Positions 27,619 through 32,000 of a DNA stretch of 32,000 nt are shown here, one piece after another (within the stretch, counting starts at the first letter, position 1; each line of letters begins with the position of its first letter). The DNA comes from Erysipelotrichaceae bacterium MTC7 (GTDB lineage Bacteria > Bacillota_I > Bacilli_A > Erysipelotrichales > Erysipelotrichaceae): contig LVZN01000009.1 of the NCBI GenBank assembly GCA_001695645.1, forward strand, positions 17,177-49,176, in the 5' to 3' direction. The position numbers were made by a program, and so were the translations under genes. The notes below the pieces were generated by a model. That model saw nothing but the letters and a program-made list of their open reading frames with translations, was not told the origin of the DNA and did no database searches.

Positions 27619-29314
27619 GTTTAAGGACTCCTTTCTTAGGTCTAGCAGTCATTTGAGGTGATTCTGTTATAGAGTTTAGAATCTCTTGCTTTGTGGTATA
27701 TCCCACCTGTTGTTCGGAATTGATGGGGACATGATAAGGTCCTTCAAAATAAATTCCCCATTTCTCATAAAGCATGAGTTTCGTTTTCATAGGATTCGAG
27801 CCAGTCTTCATGACAATGAACTGTCCTTTTGGCATTGATTTCAGTTCATCTGATGTCATTAGGGGACGTTCTATCATTTGAAGGCTCTGTGATGATTCAC
27901 CTTTTCCTCTACTGACTGATCCGCTTAGTATGGTCTGAGTTCCGAGATTTTTAGATAGAGTTTCTGCAGTCTCGGAGTTTGGTGCAAAACCACCAAAGAT
28001 TGATAACTGACAGTTATCCACAATAATTTCAGCACCTAGTTTGTCATAGTTTTTTTCAAGCTGCGCTAAAGATTGAATAATGGCCACAATAGAGAGTCTA
28101 CGAGAACGCGAAGCACTAAACATCATTTCAATGGAATCAATTCTGGGAATCGTTCCAATTTCATCGAGGTAAAACATAATACGCTCTTTTAGTTTTCCGC
28201 CTTGTTCATCTGCTACCACTAGGATTTCGCGATAAAGTTGTTGAATGATGAGGGATATAATAAAGTGTTTCGTGTTGTCTTCTTCTGGTAAAACTAGAAA
28301 GATAGCCGACTTTTGATTGCAAAACGTTTCGGCATCAATATCAGTATAAAAGCACAGGATTTGTTCAAGCTCTGAATCAATAAATGTATTAAGACGAGCG
28401 AGTGCAGTAGACATAATTGATTGCATCGATTGATCGGATGTATTGAGTGCAGCACCAGCAAACCAACGTGTCTTATGGTTCTCTGGTAAATGATTTAAAA
28501 GATCTTTGAATTCAGTGGACTTCATACCAGAGGGTGCCATAAGGTCTTGGATTAGTTTAAAGACAGATACGATATGACGTTTATCTTTTTGACCAAACTC
28601 CGCTAAGATTAAGATTGTAGCAGTTAAGAGTCCTTCTGCAGAATCATAGAAAAATTGATTTTGACCAAAGTCCATACTGGTGCCACTTGAATAGATGATG
28701 GTTTTCGCAATGATCTTTGCGTATTTTTCTGCCTTTGCTTTAAGGGTTACATTGGTAGGATTTTCTAAGTATTGATCCATATACTTATTAACAAGATGAA
28801 GCATGTTGAAATGATGGCTTTGTAGTGGATTACGTAAATCTATAACCGATATTTTATAACCATAGTATTTCTCTGCAATTGGTGCAACATTGCGAAAGAC
28901 ATCACCTTTAGTATCGGTAACCATAAAAGACATACCACTAGCGCAGGCATACTCAAGGTTAGGATATAAGAAGAAGGCGGTTTTACCGACTCCTGCTGAC
29001 CCAATCATTAAGGCATGTACATCGTGTTCATCAATCAGTGCATAGACTTTTCCTTTAACTCTTTTAGATCCAACGATAATGCCTTGGTAGCGCGGTTGTG
29101 TGGCACCAGTTCGCCATTTTTGTGGTTCATAAGGGATAAGTCGCAAAGTTGACTTAATCTCACTGTTGCTCGCAAAACGCGCCGTTCCATGTTGTCCATC
29201 TCCGACTTGTTTATTCTTAATGGAGTTAAGATTGTAGTTTCTTCCTGATAGAATAGCAACCAGTGCTATTCCTAAACCTAAGACACTTAAGATGATGATT
29301 GCTTCTGGATTCAT
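27611..29314 (-). CDS. Type IV secretion coupling protein (VirD4/TraG family)
   Basis: 567 aa. It has an N-terminal TM helix, the Walker A motif GSAGVGKT, the Walker B-like motif IMFYLDEIG, and IVAIIQSLAQL, typical of T4CP ATPases. Confidence 0.9.
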   Translation of the reverse strand: MNPEAIIILSVLGLGIALVAILSGRNYNLNSIKNKQVGDGQHGTARFASNSEIKSTLRLIPYEPQKWRTGATQPRYQGIIVGSKRVKGKVYALIDEHDVHALMIGSAGVGKTAFFLYPNLEYACASGMSFMVTDTKGDVFRNVAPIAEKYYGYKISVIDLRNPLQSHHFNMLHLVNKYMDQYLENPTNVTLKAKAEKYAKIIAKTIIYSSGTSMDFGQNQFFYDSAEGLLTATILILAEFGQKDKRHIVSVFKLIQDLMAPSGMKSTEFKDLLNHLPENHKTRWFAGAALNTSDQSMQSIMSTALARLNTFIDSELEQILCFYTDIDAETFCNQKSAIFLVLPEEDNTKHFIISLIIQQLYREILVVADEQGGKLKERIMFYLDEIGTIPRIDSIEMMFSASRSRRLSIVAIIQSLAQLEKNYDKLGAEIIVDNCQLSIFGGFAPNSETAETLSKNLGTQTILSGSVSRGKGESSQSLQMIERPLMTSDELKSMPKGQFIVMKTGSNPMKTKLMLYEKWGIYFEGPYHVPINSEQQVGYTTKQEILNSITESPQMTARPKKGVLKLE

Positions 29315-29316
29315 AA

Positions 29317-30897
29317 TTATTGAAAGTCCATACCGTCATAGTTATGATCCACAGCAATTGGTTCAACATATTCAGTAATGATAGATAGCGCTTCTTCATA
29401 ACTTTGAGATGCATAGATTCGGGTTGTCATTTCTTGTGCCTGTTCGTGCAGTCCTTCTTTTTTGAGTGCTTTTGAGGCAATTCCAATAAGGTTAAAGATA
29501 TTGCCATCCGCACCGATAATTTGAGCTTTGGGTTTATTTTGATTCATATAATGCGTTCCTTTCTGATAAAAATAAAAAACATGAGTGTAGATGCAAAGTT
29601 TTGCAAGACTCATGAGTGATTGAATGAGTTGATGTTTGTCATCAACAGTATGAAATGTTTTAGTTAGAAAAATGTTTTTTATGATATTTAATTCTTTGGT
29701 GAATTGTGAAACATCAGCATTTGTATCAATATGATGCATTACTGTGTCATTGACCTGTATCAACTCTAAGAGTTCACCGAGTGAATACGATAATTCGAGA
29801 TGACGGTATTGTTGACGCGCAAGCAGTAAAGCATAGCCAGCACAATCAAGTAGAGATTGATAAGCCTGTTCTTGTTTCTTGAGAATAGGGGAGTTGTAGG
29901 TGTAGTAAAATGATGAGAATTGATTCATCAAGTCTTTGAGTGATTTATCTTTACTGGAGGAACAGGCTTCAGCGATGAATTTCGTAGCGATATTGATTGA
30001 TTTTTTTAGAGTATCGTAAATACCATCAATAACAGGATGACCGTGAATAAATTTGAGGTCTTCGTTGAAATCTTTGAAACGGGGTCTTATACATTGCATT
30101 TCATAATGCGTATGTAATTGCAGTTCTTCAATAATAGACGCTGTAGCTTTTAAACCATGAATATCATTATCAAGGCATAAGTAGACTTTTACGATGTGCT
30201 CATGATCAGATAAGTATTGATGGAGACTTTGTGATGAGAGACCACACAGGGCAAGATAAGAATGTTCTTTCCAATGTTCTGGATTTAAGGTAATAAATGA
30301 TAATAAGTCAATTGGAGCTTCGAAGACATAAAGTGATTCACTAGTCCCTGGAATATTAAATGAGTAACGACTATCAGATCCTAAAGTATTACCTTTATAG
30401 AGTTCATTGGATAAATGAGTACTGTGTCGATGGATGTGTTTGATGGATCCACCAGGACTTTGTCCAACAAAGATACAATTTTTGTAATTATGTTCTTCAT
30501 AAAGAACGCCTTGGTTTATAATGTCATTGATGACATTTTCATCAATAAATCTAAAATGTTTGAGGTATATTGATACAGCGTGATGATTATAATTTTGAGG
30601 TGGTCGATACAGTGAATCTGGCGGTAACTCGGACGTCTGAGTTACAGCATCATCAAGGTTGTTTAGAATAAAATCAATGGCTTCATATTCACTATAATTA
30701 AAAAAAATGATGAGAAAATCAATGGGTAGTCCACCACGTTTTTGAGAGTGTTGATACCAAAGATTGTCTTTCATAGAAACCGAAAGGTGTCGTTGCCATC
30801 GTGTTGTTTTTCCAACTTGCTTTAAGGACTCTCCTAATTTTTCAAGTAATGTTTTTATAGGAATTGTGTTGGCTGTGTATTTGTCTCGGATTGACAT
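29317..30897 (-). CDS. DUF3991/TOPRIM-domain protein (primase-like conjugation protein)
   Basis: 526 aa. The N-terminal LWYQHSQKRGGLPIDFLI resembles the DUF3991-type region. The TOPRIM motifs are LYVFEAPIDLLSF (the Glu) and YLCLDNDIHG (DxD). The stop lies 2 nt from the T4CP ATG. Confidence 0.75.
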   Translation of the reverse strand: MSIRDKYTANTIPIKTLLEKLGESLKQVGKTTRWQRHLSVSMKDNLWYQHSQKRGGLPIDFLIIFFNYSEYEAIDFILNNLDDAVTQTSELPPDSLYRPPQNYNHHAVSIYLKHFRFIDENVINDIINQGVLYEEHNYKNCIFVGQSPGGSIKHIHRHSTHLSNELYKGNTLGSDSRYSFNIPGTSESLYVFEAPIDLLSFITLNPEHWKEHSYLALCGLSSQSLHQYLSDHEHIVKVYLCLDNDIHGLKATASIIEELQLHTHYEMQCIRPRFKDFNEDLKFIHGHPVIDGIYDTLKKSINIATKFIAEACSSSKDKSLKDLMNQFSSFYYTYNSPILKKQEQAYQSLLDCAGYALLLARQQYRHLELSYSLGELLELIQVNDTVMHHIDTNADVSQFTKELNIIKNIFLTKTFHTVDDKHQLIQSLMSLAKLCIYTHVFYFYQKGTHYMNQNKPKAQIIGADGNIFNLIGIASKALKKEGLHEQAQEMTTRIYASQSYEEALSIITEYVEPIAVDHNYDGMDFQ

Positions 30898-30920
30898 AGA
30901 TTTCCTCCTTTAAAATATTC

Positions 30921-30944
30921 GCAATATATGGGTTAATATATTGC
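30921..30944. repeat. 9-bp perfect inverted repeat GCAATATAT-N6-ATATATTGC between the relaxase stop and the TOPRIM gene RBS
   Basis: Read directly from the sequence. On the minus strand it abuts the relaxase TAG (30945-30947) and precedes AAGGAGG. Confidence 0.6.
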
Positions 30945-32000
30945 CTAGTTTTTATGGGTATCATTTTCATGTTGACCCAGTGCAATCTTTTGCTTTCTTA
31001 TTTTAAGAATAATTTTGTGATCAACCTGATAATTGTGTGCACGCTTTATCATGTGCGATTCAAAGAGATTGCTGACATGATAAAGAAGTTTTATACTTGG
31101 ATTTAATACGATTGGATGATCAATGACATTAAGTGCTTTTTCATCGGAATCATTTTGGATTTTAGCGCTACTATGAGTAAGTGATCTTGATCCTACAATT
31201 GGTGGAAGAGGGGATTCTTCTGGAACTTCCAATTTGACTTCATGCATTGGATTAATAAGTTGATCATTTTTATTTGGTGCCGCAATAGGGGTTAAGTCTT
31301 TTGCATTTTGATGAATTCTATTTGTATTGATTTCCTTGGCGAGTTTTATTATCGTATTTTTAATTGATTTGAATTCATTTAAGTCGGATAAATGATGTAT
31401 TTCTTCACGTTTGGTAGTGTAGGTATTTAGGACTTCTTGACGTTGTTGATACCAAAGGTTAAAAAGCTCTTGAACTTGCGGAACTGATGATAATTCATCG
31501 ACGATATCATCAACTTGTTTCTTAAGTGGTTTAGGTAAGTAACCATATTGATGTTTTCCAGGAAGGGTTTGAAGTGATTGTGATAGGATGATCAGTTGTT
31601 TTTCAATTTTAGGATTGATATTAAATTGTTGATTAATGTTTTGAATCTGCTCTTGTATATATTTTTTGCTGGCTAGCTTTAAATCATCGCGAGCTTGTGT
31701 TTGTTCCTGATAAATATGTAGCAGGTCATCTTTAAAGATTTCTTTAGCAAAAGCAGAACGAATCCCATGCATTGATGTTTGATTGAGATAACCTTGTTTA
31801 CCATCTTTGGCATACATAATTATGTGAACATGAGGGTGATGCGCTTCATCATGAAAAGCAGCAAACCACTTGAAATTATCAGGATCAATTTTAAGTTGTT
31901 TCGCAACTTCATTTTGTTTCGATTGTTTATTGTAATTTAAAAGTGGACCATTTTCATGGCATGTTGCCATTGAAAAAGGGACCACTTGTTTTTTTATACT
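30945..32000 (-). CDS. Relaxase/mobilisation nuclease (MobA/VirD2 family), N-terminus beyond the window
   Basis: FHDEAHHPHVHIIMY is the HxDxxxxPHxH histidine-triad motif. The frame stays open upstream of the track start through position 32000 (..SIKKQVVPFS..), so the gene is truncated by the window. Confidence 0.85.
   Translation of the reverse strand, partial: SIKKQVVPFSMATCHENGPLLNYNKQSKQNEVAKQLKIDPDNFKWFAAFHDEAHHPHVHIIMYAKDGKQGYLNQTSMHGIRSAFAKEIFKDDLLHIYQEQTQARDDLKLASKKYIQEQIQNINQQFNINPKIEKQLIILSQSLQTLPGKHQYGYLPKPLKKQVDDIVDELSSVPQVQELFNLWYQQRQEVLNTYTTKREEIHHLSDLNEFKSIKNTIIKLAKEINTNRIHQNAKDLTPIAAPNKNDQLINPMHEVKLEVPEESPLPPIVGSRSLTHSSAKIQNDSDEKALNVIDHPIVLNPSIKLLYHVSNLFESHMIKRAHNYQVDHKIILKIRKQKIALGQHENDTHKN

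Larger units (their letters stand above)
19296..32000. mobile_element. Integrative conjugative/mobilisable element, left part (right end beyond the window)
   Basis: Contiguous modules: tyrosine integrase, Xis-like, XRE, sigma-like, serine recombinase, adhesin cargo, HTH, VirD4-type T4CP, DUF3991/TOPRIM protein and relaxase. The left boundary must lie in the 22 nt between the int stop (19318) and the groES -35 box (19295). Confidence 0.8.

Overview
AT-rich, Firmicutes-type chromosomal window. From left to right it contains six blocks. (1) A GntR/HutC-regulated operon with two paralogous SIS-domain proteins and mannose-family PTS IIC and IID components; no IIA or IIB is visible. (2) A divergently arranged Sau3AI-like (MutH-fold) restriction endonuclease and C5-cytosine methyltransferase pair. 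(3) A membrane-anchored metallophosphoesterase. (4) An MtlR/LicR-type PRD regulator followed by an MngB-like GH38 alpha-mannosidase and split fructose-family PTS IIB, IIC and IIA genes. (5) The housekeeping genes guaA and groES-groEL, with a CIRCE operator. (6) From about 19.3 kb to the window end, the left ~12.7 kb of an integrative conjugative or mobilisable element. Its tyrosine integrase stops 22 nt from the groES -35 box. The visible part of the element carries int, an excisionase-like HTH gene, an XRE repressor-like gene, a sigma-70 region-4-like gene, a small serine recombinase, and a ~1400-codon Cna/SpaA-type wall-anchored adhesin broken by a single in-frame TAG. It also carries a transfer module: HTH protein, VirD4-type coupling protein, DUF3991/TOPRIM protein, and a MobA/VirD2-type relaxase that runs off the window. 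The most unusual feature is a ~550-bp ORF-free region inside the element's regulatory module. It is GC-elevated, rich in hairpins, and lies between the sigma-like and XRE genes, so it is a candidate large structured RNA or long regulatory leader. It sits among several terminators and attenuator-like hairpins. No CRISPR array, rRNA or tRNA was seen. All family assignments come from motif recognition by eye; no database search was run.
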